The notes: generated from the sequence alone by a model not told the origin. Numbered from the whole stretch's first letter, positions 35,060 to 48,018 are shown. The stretch is DNA of 58,671 nt, filler included, from Sphacelaria rigidula (GCA_964200075.2; 9 parts of 9 records of this genome joined end to end with filler, not necessarily neighbours in it), one strand, 5' to 3'. Program-made: numbers and translations.

Positions 35060-35241
35060 ATACCTTCTCGGCCTTTTGGCTAAGATCATGTGTAGTATCT
35101 GTTCTAATCAGTGTGAAAACTGATTGACACTCACCGAGTGTCATTTTCACACCTGTTTTTGTGATCGTCGGGTTGGCCGTGCTTGCAGTGCTCCGACAGG
35201 ATTTCCTCGGCATTTCACTACCGCCTTGTGAGGTCCATCCC
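35060..35241 (+). ncRNA. U2: U2 spliceosomal snRNA
   Basis: 5' ATACCTTCTCGGCCTTTTGGCTAAGATCATGTGTAGTATCTGTTCT with branch-point recognition GTAGTA (35092-35097); stem IIa ATCAGT/ACTGAT; stem IIb TGACACTC/GAGTGTCA; Sm-like GTTTTTG; stem III GTCGGG/TCCGAC; stem-loop IV GGC-ATTTCACTACC-GCC. Confidence 0.96.
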
Positions 35242-36813
35242 CTCGGGGACAACTGAGCGTAACTACAACAATGTTCTCCAACAACGCATATACCGAGAAA
35301 AATCACCTTGACTGTCGTACTCGTTACCGCATGCTCCCGCGGCAGCAGACCCCAACAAACAGTGACCACAACAAGACGATAGACATTGAGCACCAGCAGC
35401 AAATCTATACAGTACATGATAATACCATAGTCGGTATTGCGGGCGGACCTCAGGCTTCCCTCGATTTATTATGCGAAATGTCTGGGAAAACGTTTTGAAA
35501 TCGTGACACCCCGATTTTTTCTCTCCCGATTTGGCCGAGTTTGGGGTCGGTCCATAAAATACGTTCCCCGATTTGTTACCCCCGATCTGCCGATCTTCGT
35601 AGTAATCAAAATTGGTGACTACTATCAAAGATGGTCTAACTTAGCCGAGGAAAGCATGCTCCTCTCAGCTGGTGAGAGCCTTGTCAAATGTGCAAAAGAG
35701 ATATGTATGCCTTTAGACACGAGAAGAATGACTGTCAGTGCACCGCAAGGAAAGCTATTGTCGCTGAATAATTGGAAATGTGTATTAAAAAAAACTGTTT
35801 TCTCGCTGTGCTGTGGTGGACCAGTACGTAGCAGGTTGACTGCATGAACAACAGGAATAACTGCGTACCAGCAGGTAGTAGGTTGGCACTAGAACGCCGA
35901 CATACAGCGAGTCATGACTAGTTGGGTAGACAGTGAGTGTGTGGTTAGGATCACCAATGACGAACGACGACGACCCCGACGCAGTTGCCTTGCAGCAGCA
36001 TTAGAAAATGACATATATATCTATATGTATGTGTGTGTTTCATGAATAATTCGTAATAATATGCACAGCTACTGCTTGCTTCCCCCCTGTGAAGCCTGTC
36101 TGTGTTCTACATCTCGATAAATAGACTGAAAACAACAATAGTGACGATGGCAACAACGGTACTGCACTCCATCGGGTAACGGGGATGGTACTAATACTTC
36201 ATTATTTTGATGAAATATTTTCGGTACGGGTCTGAGATACGCACATTTGTCGAAAGTCGACGCTAACCAGCAAGCAAGCAGAATAATCACTTGCGAAGAG
36301 CGCACGCACCCAGATGCACCCGAGGCTCACAGAAAGCATAGCCAGGATCCCAGCACCCCATCAAGCACAAAATCTGCTAAAAATGTCAAAATTTTCGAAC
36401 AGATATGCATGTAGACAAGTTGCAAGGTAGAACGGAAGGGATTAAGGTGAAATGAAAAAGGGAGGTGAAAAAAACGCGCGGGTTTTTGGGGCTGCATTCA
36501 AGCTCCGGCGACACATGTGCGTCCCGTCAGTTCATAATTTCACTCCCCCTCTCGACGGACTGGGCGTACTGCGTACGTACATCTCGATTTTTCAGGCTAA
36601 GATATCGAATGGAGGGACACAGGGGCTAAGCCTGGAGTGCAGAAGACGTAAAGGGCATCATTGACAGAGCGCGGGGGTGAAAACGGGGGAGAAAACAAGT
36701 GCACCATCAGTAGTATAGTTTCGGTGTAGCAGCTACTCCTCCTGCTGTAATGACCACCGAAGGGAAAGATCCAGCACACCAGCACCACCACAGCTGTCGA
36801 AAAAACACCCGTC

Positions 36814-37155
36814 ATGGATGCGGCTCCACACCAGCAGCAGCAGCAGCATAAAGCGGGTGGGCGCACTGGGGTGCGTGGAAAGTGTCATTACATGCACCCC
36901 TGCACTTCGTGCGAAGAGACCCTTGTTTTCAGACTTGTTACCGCCCGAATTGAACGACAACTTGGGTGCTGGGAGTGTGCGCTGGGGCTGGTGGCCGTTC
37001 TTAGGGGATGTCTTGGTTATAGTGGGGGCGACGCGATCTTCTCAACTGTCTCAATTGCTCAAGAGGAAATTTTCGACAAGAGACCGTACAGGAAGAACCC
37101 CGAGCGGGAGCCTGGGAAAGGGGTTGCATTTTCCAGCTACACCCCCGAAGATAAG
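36814..37155 (+). CDS. Probable first exon of an unknown protein
   Basis: ATG in GTCATGG context, 114 open codons with a short poly-Q, ending at an AAG|GTGAGG donor. Confidence 0.5.
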
Positions 37156-38560
37156 GTGAGGCGTGCTCTTCAGGTTGTCGTGTTTATTCCGTTCGGGTAG
37201 TATGTTGTCTCCCTTGTCGTACCATTCTGTTGTGTTGCGCGTGAACTGTCTGTGCACGATACGATCACATATCGCAGCGTACTCTGGGTGGTCTTTTGTA
37301 ATCGTGCTGCTGACATACGGATGACCCGATCTGGCTCATCGCTTTTCTCTGCATTGTTGCATACAAAAAGCTCTGTTGGGACTCACAGACTACACTGTAC
37401 GAACGTGCGCTGTACCTACCTACCGTCTGTGCTCTTTGTGCGTGACGTTTGAACGCATATACTACCTGTTCAGCACAGACATCCAAAGCTGTGTGTGACG
37501 GACGAGGTGCTGTTTGATTAGACTATCGTCTTCTTTCGGGCTTCTTGCATAATACGATAATCTAACTGTTGGGGTTTTACGGCGCATATATAAGCTCCAG
37601 GGCCACGTATATTGTCATGAAGATATTGGGAATCCCAGTACACAAGATTGCAGGTCTGTTCAGAGTTGGTCGGGTTCGGATGTGAGCTTGTATATTTGTA
37701 GAAGATGGCGAGATATATCGGCTGGGGCCGACATAGCTCGCCCATCGTCCAGCACTATCAACTGCTCCCCTCTGCTAGCCAGCAAAAGGAAGTCTAACCA
37801 TCGGTGAGAGATATTGGCTGGTCTGGGTTGGATTGATTGAGTGGGTATCGGAGTTAGAATCAAGATAACTAAGAGAGAAGTGAAGAGCCTATTGCGTGAA
37901 CTTCGTCTGATAGTTGGATGCTGAGCAGGTCACACGGTATCTACAAGTTGTAACAGCCTAACGGTTGTACACTTGCCTGCCAAGCTTGTGCCTTGGGTTG
38001 CAAGCTGTGTCCTTGCATTATACTGCCGCTTGCTCTTTATCACAATATCGTAAGATTTTGCACCCTTCCGTAGGATGAGGGGTGGTGACACGAACCAGGC
38101 TTTGAACCACGGTCTCGAGGAAGAAAGGTTTGATGAAATCATATAGATGGCTGAGCGTGCGTGCGAGAAGCTTGAAAGTCAAACATGTACATACGACGAG
38201 AGTTGTATCGTAGTTTTTTCTTCGAACAAGGCGGGTGCACGGGAAAAAAAATCCCCCACTACCACGCATCCCCCCCCACCCCCACGGAGGGCCGGCAAAA
38301 AAAAGGTTTCTTGCCAGTTTACATTCTCTTCCCTCTGCATTTCCCCTCTCACTTCGTGCTCACAAGCAATGCACGTTGCCACTCAAACACACACTGAATA
38401 CCTTCTTGTTGGGAATACCTGCATGCTGCTGTGGGTTGGCTTGGGTTCATCACACGTGGCCATTTGGATACGCTCAAAAATCCCTCCGCACGAAATTGAC
38501 CCCTCCAAAGGGTTCGGGCTACCCCCTGAGGAGTCATCTCCCTCTGGAGCGTGGATAGTG

Positions 38561-38742
38561 TCCCCCTCCAAAGGGATTAAACACCACTAGAGGAATAGAG
38601 TGACCTCTATAGGGATTTCATCTTGTGTTGGATCCTCCAAAGTGCACACAACCCCTCTATGGGGGCTCCATCTCCCTCCGCCTTCTAGACTGACTTCGTG
38701 TGGGCTGTCCCTCCAGCGGTGTCAAATCCCCGTGGAGGGGGA
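38561..38742. mobile_element. MITE-like foldback, ~180 bp
   Basis: 33-bp inverted repeat: TCCCCCTCCAAAGGGATTAAACACCACTAGAGG versus the reverse complement of CCTCCAGCGGTGTCAAATCCCCGTGGAGGGGGA. Confidence 0.65.
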
Positions 38743-39571
38743 TACCACCATCCACCGAACCTTCGATAGTAGAATGAAAAAGAACAATCAAAACATTCGC
38801 CGCACTTCTTATGTAACCGGGAAAAAAACAACTGTCATTTTGGCCCTTCATCATTTTTCGCCTCAAACGAAGGGTTGGGCGGGTGTTGGCAACTTGGAAT
38901 GACTTCCTCTACTCTTTGAGATCGTTTCGGAGGACCCTTTCGTGTTCCGGAATTCACACTTTTACTTTCGCCAAACTTGCATTTTCAAGAAGAAATGGTC
39001 AAGTTATCAAACTTAACAGTGTTTTCGTGAGATTGAGAGTAGATGATACGATTGAGAGTGAAAAGCGGTCAATCAGTGAATGNNNNNNNNNNNNNNNNNN
39101 NNNNNNNNNNNNNNNNNNNNNNNNNNTTAATTAATTAANNNNNNNNNNNNNNNNNNNNNNNNNNNNNNNNNNNNNNNNNNNNCCCCCCTGTGCAAAACAA
39201 GTCGTAGATTCTTGTGATGCATGTGGGACCTTCAGACCACCGTTCTATGTCGTCATATTTTTCGCCCGAGACGGATTCATCCAGTTCCTCGCTGCTGAGC
39301 CTGTAGATGTAGTCGGCAATTCTGAAGCACAAGGGTGTTTGTAGATAAGAATGGCTTCAGTACTGGTACAGGCGAAGAGGCGATACTGTACCTCAACGGA
39401 AAATCCGCATTGAAAAATTGAAGTGTAAAGAGGGACGGTATTAATTTATCCGCTGCAGGCACTTGATTTCGGTGATACACTAGCTCTGAATCTAGGATAT
39501 GGTTCCCAACAGCACTAGAGGAAATCTGTGTTCTCCGCTTGTGACGTTTTGTTTGGTTACAGTATTGCCGC

Positions 39572-39863
39572 GGCGCCTGGTAGTCTAAATTAAAATAGTG
39601 CAACTAACACCTTCAGGATGGAAAGAACACGGGTTCGATTCTCGCCAGATCTCCTTTTTATATATGATCTGGTTTTCGTTCTTGAAAGCGTCAGGATGGA
39701 CTTGGGTAGCAAGAAGAACTTGCTCGGCGAGAGTTGATGCGTTGCGGGAGTGCTGATAGTCATGATTCAATCCGCGAGGCCAAAGACGCAAGGCGTGTGC
39801 CGGGGGAGGGATGAGCTGATTGATCCCTAAAGACCACGGACTCGTCCCGAGTAAGGGGAGGGG
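39572..39863 (+). mobile_element. tRNA-derived SINE, copy A
   Basis: GCGCCTGGTAGTCTAA head, B box GGGTTCGATTC at 39631, and body GTTGA.GCG.TGCGGGAGT...AATCCGCGAG.CCAAA...GCAAGGCGT...CACGGACTCGTC shared with the other copies. Confidence 0.72.
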
Positions 39864-40243
39864 TAAAAGTGTGATTGATGAAAACAAAACAAGAGTACTG
39901 TTGCATCTCCCCTGTTTCAGAAACAAGAATAGCCAATCACACACATCTGCACGTGCTTTAATTAACGACGTCTGGGTTGGTACACTTGACATTCTCGCTG
40001 AATCTATCGTACTGGGGTCTTCGATGACCTCACGTGTCTCTTCATACGCGGTGGTTTGCTGTTTTTTGGGCTCGTGCCCGCCCGCTCGCCCGCCCCCGCG
40101 CGCATGCGTGCGTGCGTGTGTATCTGTGTCCGTGCCTGTATCTCTCTCTATGCGTTCTTGGTTTGTGCGTGCGTCGGCGTGACTGTTCATTCGTCGGTGT
40201 GTCCATGTGTGTGTGTGTCTGTACGGTGATTCATGTCCGCCAG

Positions 40244-40456
40244 TGTCACGAAGGTGGAGCGGAGGACGAAGGTGCGGCCGCCCGGGCTGCCGACGCTGCG
40301 CGCGGTCGGCGCAAGAGCAAGCGTGCCTCGTCGATCACGATGAACGGTAGGCGTCAAGGGAATGACGTCGAGAACGGGGACGGCGATGAAGGAAGGGGGG
40401 TCGCTAAGAGCACCGCGACTCGAGCTCGGCGCTCGACTCGCGGCAGGGCTGCTCAG
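40244..40456 (+). CDS. Internal exon of a charged low-complexity protein
   Basis: CAG acceptor, 71 open codons (CHEGGAEDEGAAARAADAARGRRKSKR...RGRAAQ), CAG|GTTTGT donor. Phase 0, compatible with the 43517 exon in the same contig. Confidence 0.65.
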
Positions 40457-43400
40457 GTTTGTCCACTGTTGTAGGATAACGAGCAAAATCCGTGTCGCGT
40501 ATCTCGTATGCTTGTATGTAAAAATATTCGTGTATGGCATGCTTGTGTACACTGTGTATATATACCATATACTTTCTGTGTATGTACTTTATCTCCAGAT
40601 TCGTGTTAGACTTTTGACGACACCCGGATTTTTTTCTTCTTTTCCCATCCGATCTGATTGCCATTTTGGAATCCTCGATGTTTGCTTGGATTGGTCCTTG
40701 ATGTTCTCTCGGGGCTCGTTCTCGTCCGACAGACGCTGGACGCGCACCTGCCGTCCAAAGAAGAGACCCCCCCCCCCCTTCCCTCCTCCCCTCCTCTCAA
40801 ATTATTCATGTAGTAATGAGTGCCCAAATGTTGGAGGTGTGTTTGTTATACTAGGAGTAGGGCCGGTGCTCCGTCTCGAAAGGATTGCGTAGTCAATGGT
40901 CCATTGACTGAGGCAAGCAACACACGAGTAAATCCCCCGTCCTCCCTTCCCCCGTGCCAAATTATCTGTTGGGGTAACATAAAATGATCCTGCGGAAACG
41001 AAAGTCGAGAAAGTACAAAATAGGCTGATTTGGAATCAGCGTTTATCGCGAAGTAAACACCAACACTGAGGCTGCGATGATTCATAATACAGTAGTGGGC
41101 GGTCTAACTAATTATTCTGTGGCATTTTGTGATTTTTTCGTAATTGGCGATTTTCTTGGGCTCTTTTCGCTTGCCACCGCGTATCACGTTGGGGATCTGA
41201 AGGTTTTTGTATCCTCTCCACGTCCCAAGAAAAAAAAGTAATCTGTGCTCAATATTGAGTGACTTAAGGGCTGACCGGTCATCGGGGGTCCTGCCACCTT
41301 TTAGCCCAGAAAATTACTCTTCCGTATTATCGGTCGATTGAGCCTATCCGGACCATATTTATGAAGAAATGTACAGTTTTAGTTTTTTTGGGCTTCTACC
41401 TACTCATTGCACTAGAGCCAAAAAACTGTGTTTCACGGTCGATAACACCGTCCTGATAAAAGGAGTATTTGCTCGTATCGTCCGATAACACCAACTAACA
41501 CTGACTCGTGCATGGTGTTTCGAGGATGATCTGTTTATTGTATCAAAATCTACCAACGCTAGCAATTTCGAGTTCTATCGAAGAGTAGTACGCGAGGAAA
41601 ACCCCAAAACACCCTGAATAGTTAGACCGCCCACTACTGTGACGTGCACACATGAGCTGTCGATCGATACCATCTCCTACTGACTGTACAGGCAGTCGAT
41701 ATTCGTGGGACTCGCGCGACTGTGCACCGAGCCGCACATATTTTGATTGAAGTAGTCCCGAAAATGCGGGGCAAAAAATGCGGCGCAAAAACGCTTCGAA
41801 CTGTGCGTAGAACTCTCCTGCCTCGCTCTACCTCTCGCTCCGGTTTCGTGTCGAATACAGAGCACCTTGACTTTTGACATGACCCGTCGCGGGGACGATC
41901 GTGCCGGGTAGTCGTAGGCTCAAATATCAGCCTCCAAGTTTACTCTTTCCACGAATCCTCCGGGAACAGGCCGGAAAAGCGTCTCGGAAGCCCCGTTTAG
42001 AGGCGCAGATAGGATTACCACGAGCAAGGGTCAATTACGGGAATTTTCAATGCTTGAAGGGACTGTGCGCAAAATTCTTCTTGGATTAATATCGAAAGCT
42101 CTCCGTGAACAGTCCTAAAGCTGGAGGTACAGTAGAGTCAGTGGAAGGTACCGTTGTGCTCACCGGACGGAGGGGGATTCACGTCATCACCGGCCGATAA
42201 CATGGCAACACTGAGTACTTCACTCGCAAAACCGTGCGCGAGCCAGACCTAAGCTTTTTGTGGTTCTTATGACTCTATTTATCTTGTAATACACCTCGAA
42301 GTACAAGTTGAACGCGCCCACAGAGATGGTAAGCGTTATCCATGCAGTAGTTTTTCACTGGAAATCTCAGTATAAGAGTTGTTTTGCTAGGAATGAATCC
42401 TTCGAGGAAAACTCTTTGGGTCGGCGATAAATATACGCTTATCTTTGTTTGCGTGTTTTTGTTGTTGGGCCTTGGCGTACGCCGCGAAGGGATTGAGACT
42501 TGTGCGTGTATGTAATGTGGTAGGGGGTTAGGTAGGTAGGTAGGTAGGCAGGATTTTCGTTACTGTTTGAAGTTCTGCAGTCTCGAGTATTCATGGGTTT
42601 TCGGGCTCAGTGCCCGCGTGGTAAAATATTGGCTACCGCGGGGTGTCTGTAAATGTTGTTATTGATATATGGTGATACCTGGTGATGAAATCTGTCAAGA
42701 CCGTTGAATAAGCAACAGTTATCTGTCTCCTTTGATACGGTGTATCTACCCACATCCTGTGTGTCCGCTCTCTGTCTCTGTCTTGAAACCCGCGTGTGTG
42801 TTATGTACCACAATTCACGAAAAGACTAGTCGACACAATTACTGCAATAAGTATTTCATTTCCAGAGCTGTCCTCGGTTTTCTTGACCGCGGAGAGTCTA
42901 CCGCAGTGCCGTGCATCGTGGTGCTTAACAATATCCGCGGTACCACGCAAGGCCATATTCCCATCAACCAAGCACGCCATACCGCGAATACCTGGTACTG
43001 CACCGTACCGCACCCTACCGTACCGTTTAATCAAATAACACACCACCACAAATATCTCGAAAAACAGTGGCGTGGCTCAAAAGTAGGCACGAAACTAAAA
43101 CACATCGTAGGCAGGGCATGTCGAAAAACGCGCGTACCTCGGTAGGGTATAGTAGTAAGGTTTCCGGAAATTATGATCGTCTGGCCTCATGTGGTCGTAC
43201 TCCAATGCACTTTCGGACAACCACATATACTGTGTTGCCCGAGCGAAAGTGAGAAAATATAATACGATACCTTGCCAGATCGCACCCGACAGGTGCCGTA
43301 CACGGTGTACAGCAGTGACACTGCTGAAGCCATTTTTTTGCAGCGTGCCGTCATTTCTGAAGTGCAACCGCCCACGGCGGTTCTGCTCGTTTTGACTCGG

Positions 43401-43516
43401 CCGGCGCTAGCGCTTCAAGCATACTTTTTGATTTTTTTAGGTTGTAATCTAACCGCTTCCAGTAGACATCCAGAACTCGTCTAAACTTGTGGCTTGTTGT
43501 TTTTTGTACGTTTCAG

Positions 43517-44227
43517 AAGCCTGCGAGGAAAACTTCATCCGACGAGGAACAGGAACACGAAATGGAGGATGACGAAGAGGAGGAGGTGTTCCGGCCCAAG
43601 GTCAGCAGGGTCAAGAAAAGGTCGAGCAAACGCAGTCACGGCAGACAGGTGAAACAAGGAGGTGTCAGTGTTTATAACGACGAAGTAGACGACGAGCTAG
43701 AGACGGAGAATGGTGCACAGGATCGACAGAAGGATGTCGAGGCGGAAGGGGACGAGCGGGACGGAGAAGAGAACTTCCAGCCGAAAGTCTACTCCGAGAA
43801 GAGAAAGGTCAACGGGCGCGGTCATGGCAGGCGCAAAAGGGCACAGAAAGGAGCGGATAATGAGAGTGATGATGACGATGGTGATAATGATGGTGATGAT
43901 GATGATGATGATGATGGACCAGAGATCACGATGCAGGACGGAATTATTGCGGCTTCATCACGTGAGTCCGCCGCGGGAACACAAGCAATGCGGACGAATG
44001 CTAGGGCACAAGAATGGCCGAGCGACGATGACGATGAAGAGATCTTTCGGCCGAGGGTCAAAACCAAGAAGAAGAAACGTAACGAGAGGATCGACGGTAG
44101 GAGCAAGGAAAACCAGCTCGCTGGTGGGGGTACCCGTGGCTCGACTGGGAAGAGCGTGACGATTGTGCGGAAGGGCGAGGGTGGCAGGGAACGAAGGAAT
44201 TCGAGACCTCTGAGTGACCACAACTGA
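43517..44227 (+). CDS. Terminal exon of an acidic/basic disordered, probably nuclear, protein
   Basis: TTTCAG acceptor, then 236 codons of D/E-rich and K/R-rich blocks with three EE(V/N/I)F(R/Q)P(K/R)V repeats, ending TGA. Confidence 0.75.
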   Translation, partial: KPARKTSSDEEQEHEMEDDEEEEVFRPKVSRVKKRSSKRSHGRQVKQGGVSVYNDEVDDELETENGAQDRQKDVEAEGDERDGEENFQPKVYSEKRKVNGRGHGRRKRAQKGADNESDDDDGDNDGDDDDDDDGPEITMQDGIIAASSRESAAGTQAMRTNARAQEWPSDDDDEEIFRPRVKTKKKKRNERIDGRSKENQLAGGGTRGSTGKSVTIVRKGEGGRERRNSRPLSDHN

Positions 44228-46150
44228 GTGCCTCACTGGCTCGTTCCGTCGTCATGGCCGCGTGCGGAGTGTGGTTGCCCGGTGGTGAACGTTATGATTC
44301 GACGAGGGGTGTCGATTGGGATACGGCGAGCTACAGACCCGGATGGATGTAGTGTGTATTTAGGGCTTGTGGTCTATAATAAGAGCTTTTTTGGTCGCTG
44401 GCTAGGCATGCACGGTTGTGTGTGTGCGTATGTGTGTCCTCGCCCATGTATGTACGATATATGTGTCCGGTATGGGTCAGTGAGAACCCCGTGAAATGGC
44501 ACTTGCTTCACGTGTTTCTTTTTCTGTGCAGTACCGTGGGCCCTGTTGTTCGCCATAGCGGTGTGCGAAGTCGTCGATCGTTGCATATGTGTGCGTATCA
44601 CCGGCGATCGTCCTGTGCGTCGTGTGGTGTATGGCGGAGGTGAGGATATTCGGGAGACGCGGGGTGCAGTGAGGGGAGTGATGAAATCTTACGCACCGAA
44701 AAAAAAGCGCATTTGTCTTTTAAACTGTTGGCTGTGGAGTAGTCATTCGAAGTCCTATGAATGCCTTGTGATTTGATTTTAACACCTACGATGAATGCTC
44801 CTCTGTAGTGGTGAACATCCCAAAACGTTCGCCGTCGGAAAAGGATCAATAGCCAACCCCACAAGTAAGGTGTTGGGTGTGCAGGAAAGGGGGTAGGGTG
44901 ATGAAACGTATTCATGCGACTTTTCCGATAGCACGTAACAAATCACGCATGATACGAACAGAGCACGTGATTGTAAATGAGATTAGTGGACGTTGCGTGT
45001 TGGTAGTTTCGGGTCCGTTGGTGTTCAAGAAATAGATATTGAGAGTGTGAGCCTGCAGTAGCAGCAGTTCATGGTTCTCCTTGAATTTCGTATCTGAAGA
45101 TTGCATATACATATCTCGCAATTCCACCGAAGGGGGATCGAAAGGAAACTATGTAAAACGAATCTAGATTTTCACAACAGGAATATTTCAAGTCCAATAC
45201 AAGTTCAACAATGTTTTCGTGAGATTGGGAATAGAGGATACGAAGGGTGAAAAACGGCCAACTAGTGAATGAATCGTTTCAGGTCCGAAATGCCCCACCA
45301 CGAGGCCCGATATGCTTTCTCAAGTAGCTTGCCACTGAGGCCCTTGGTATCCCTGAGCAGGATATCGACGTGTAGCTGTAAGCACGCTAGTGGTAAAGGC
45401 AAAGAAAAGCACACACGGAAAGAAAAAGTGGCTAGGTTGAAGCGAACTACCAAAGTCACTTCGAATCAGCGCTCTCTACTCTTTAACTCACGAAAACGTT
45501 CTTGTTCGTAGGGTTCAAGAATGGGATATACTTGGTAAGTAACAACAAATCGTGCGAATTGAGGTTTAACTTTGAAGTGAGGTTCAAGCCTAAAACAGTG
45601 CTTTCCTCACACNNNNNNNNNNNNNNNNNNNNNNNNNNNNNNNNNNNNNNNNNNNNTTAATTAATTAANNNNNNNNNNNNNNNNNNNNNNNNNNNNNNNN
45701 NNNNNNNNNNNNTCCCTTTTGGGCAATCAGACCGAAAAAATCGTGGGTTTGGTGATTCGAACACGTGATGATTCGTCCTAACCGTGAAATGTTTGTGGTG
45801 ATGCATCTTGTTTCGAAATCCCTTTTCCCGACCAAGCTCACCTAATGTTTTGCACCGCCTCCGCTGCACCGGTGTGGTCGCGAGGATCTTCTGATCTGAA
45901 CCCAGTCTAAAGTTCGGGCCTAGTTGTGGATAAATATTGCTGAGCCGAGCATGTTCACCCGCACCTTGAAGCTCACGACTTCCCCCCTGGGTGCACATGC
46001 GTTGGTGTAACCTCTAACATGTGGTAGTAGCACTTGTCCACCGATTTTCGTGCTACGGCTCAACCGATGTGTAGCGACCTAGGTCTTCTTGCTGCTCGTT
46101 ATTTCATTCTCTCCAATGTGTTTCCTGTCGCTGCAAACGATCGTCGGCAG

Positions 46151-46230
46151 GGGCGTCCCGATTCAACCCCACGAAGGCGGAAGCCACGGCAGCCGCGAAG
46201 GCGGCGGCGGCGGCTATGGCGGAGGCAAAG
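46151..46230 (+). CDS. Candidate Ala-rich internal exon
   Basis: CAG acceptor, ASRFNPTKAEATAAAKAAAAAMAEAK, AAG|GTGCCT donor. Ends in phase 0, matching the next exon. Confidence 0.45.
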
Positions 46231-46857
46231 GTGCCTCTGTTCATTGATTTTCTGTTCATCGATTTGACAAACCTCCCGACGAACCGCATTCATCTCAACC
46301 TGGCGCTCCGCACATCAAATACCTCCAGCAGTTCATCGCGGATGAGAGAATTTCAGAGCTATGAGCCTGAACGCAGTGTGTCCTGTCGATACTGCAGCTT
46401 TTGTCGTGAAAGCGTTCACCCCGCCCTTGTGCTTTGAATGCTATTGGTATCGTGACTATAATCTTGGCAACTACCTTGTCGATGAGGGTATGGAAGTATG
46501 GTTTTACTGGGCTTCGTTCGCCCGTGAAAGCGAATTTACTTTCTGGCGCACTTGGCCAAATTCGTGTACCACGGTTCATTTTCGACACGTCTGTGCTCTG
46601 CGGTCAGCAGCTGCTGATACCTACTATTCCTGAGATTGCGTTTAAAATGACCATGTCCGAAGCGAGACCCTGCAGCGGACATCGAAATTTCCTTCGTCTC
46701 TCACCGAAGCATTAGAAAATGGTAGCTGAGGCTGCTGCTCAGCTGCGCATGCATCAAAAGCATCATGTCGGCGCCAAAACTGTTGAATAGTACAATATGC
46801 CGCCTCTCGCTCGCGCGCTGCATCCGTGCCTCTCTCGCTAACTTATACGATTGACAG

Positions 46858-47667
46858 GTCCACCTCGGCTCACCACATATGGGTCACCCGGGATCAGCAT
46901 TCAGTCGCACGATCGCGATTTCTCCTCCTGGGCAACAGCATCACCACCGCCAAAAACAATCGGCAGCAAGCGTACTACCACCAGAAGGGTGCACCTCGGC
47001 AGCCGGTGCCCCCGCTGCCCCCGCTCCCGCCCCCGTCTCCGCCCCCGCCGCTGCGCTCACCTCGCATAGCCCAACAACAGAATCGACCGCAGAAACAGTA
47101 GCGAACGCCGCAGTGGAAACAGTAAAACCGGTAGCAGCAGCGGTGGTGGATGGGCCCCGGCGCGCTCCGCCCGACCAACGAGCCAAGGCCGACGCCGCTG
47201 CTGCGTTGGCGGGGCTCGGCGGTGGCCAGTGGCGCGGCGGCGTTCAACCCGCAGCCACCGTCGTCGGCAGTGGCAACGGCAATAGCTCTGGTACCATCGG
47301 GAGGACTGTCGGAACGGCAGATCATCATAATGTGGCGCAGAACGATGCCCCCGCGACGGTGGCAGCTCCAGCTGCTGGGGCGGTAGCGGGGGTACAAATG
47401 GCTGTAGGCGTGTCGGCACCCGGTGGCGGTGGCGGTGTCGCAGGTTTTGCAGTCTTGCCAGGGGGAGTATCTTCTGGGATGACGGCGATGACGGCGCAAC
47501 CGATGGTAGTGTACGGGAATGGTGTGCCTACAACGGCGATTAACGGAGCCGTGCCGCCACCGCAGCAGCAGGAACGGCAGCAACCGCAGCAGCAGCAGCC
47601 GCAGCAACAGCAGCAGGGCGTGAAGTTTTCTGCACCCCAGACGGTTGGCGTGGTTGTCCGCTTCCAG
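46858..47667 (+). CDS. Large Ala/Gly/Gln-rich internal exon of an unknown protein
   Basis: GCTAAC branch-like site and ACAG acceptor, 270 open codons with poly-Q, CAG|GTTTGT donor. Phase 0. Confidence 0.75.
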
Positions 47668-48018
47668 GTTTGTCTTGTGTGTCTTTTGCCTCGTGTTTTG
47701 CGTCTGCATGTGTAGCTAAGTGGATTTAATTCTCCCTCCCATCGCGTGCTTGATGTAGGTGTCGACGTTGGTTCGCAGGGGGCTTGGAAGGGGCGGGGGT
47801 GAGGGGGTGAGCTACGTAGAGAACTAAGGCTTCCCGTTTTTGGTCGCGGCTGGATGGAAAATGAAATGCTGGGTGCGACAGGTAGTCTGGTTGCCTCTGG
47901 CTGCGATGAATTCGGCCGCACCGCACACGCTTGTGCTTTTCGCATGTTTTCAGTGGGTGTTTCGACTGCCGATCACATTCTTGCATTTTAATCTCACGTG
48001 CCAATCTGGTCATGACAG

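Noticed and set aside
35500..35640. Possible fourth snRNA (U4-like) on the minus strand with an ATTTTATGG site and hairpin
   Set aside because: No recognisable U6-pairing sequence and no upstream ACGGGGTTTT element. The repeated AATCGGGG motifs look like a transposon subterminal region.
36814..44227. Joining exon 36814-37155 to exons 40244 and 43517 as one gene (all phase 0)
   Set aside because: An artificial spacer at 39083-39182 separates unrelated size-sorted contigs, so the phase match is coincidental.
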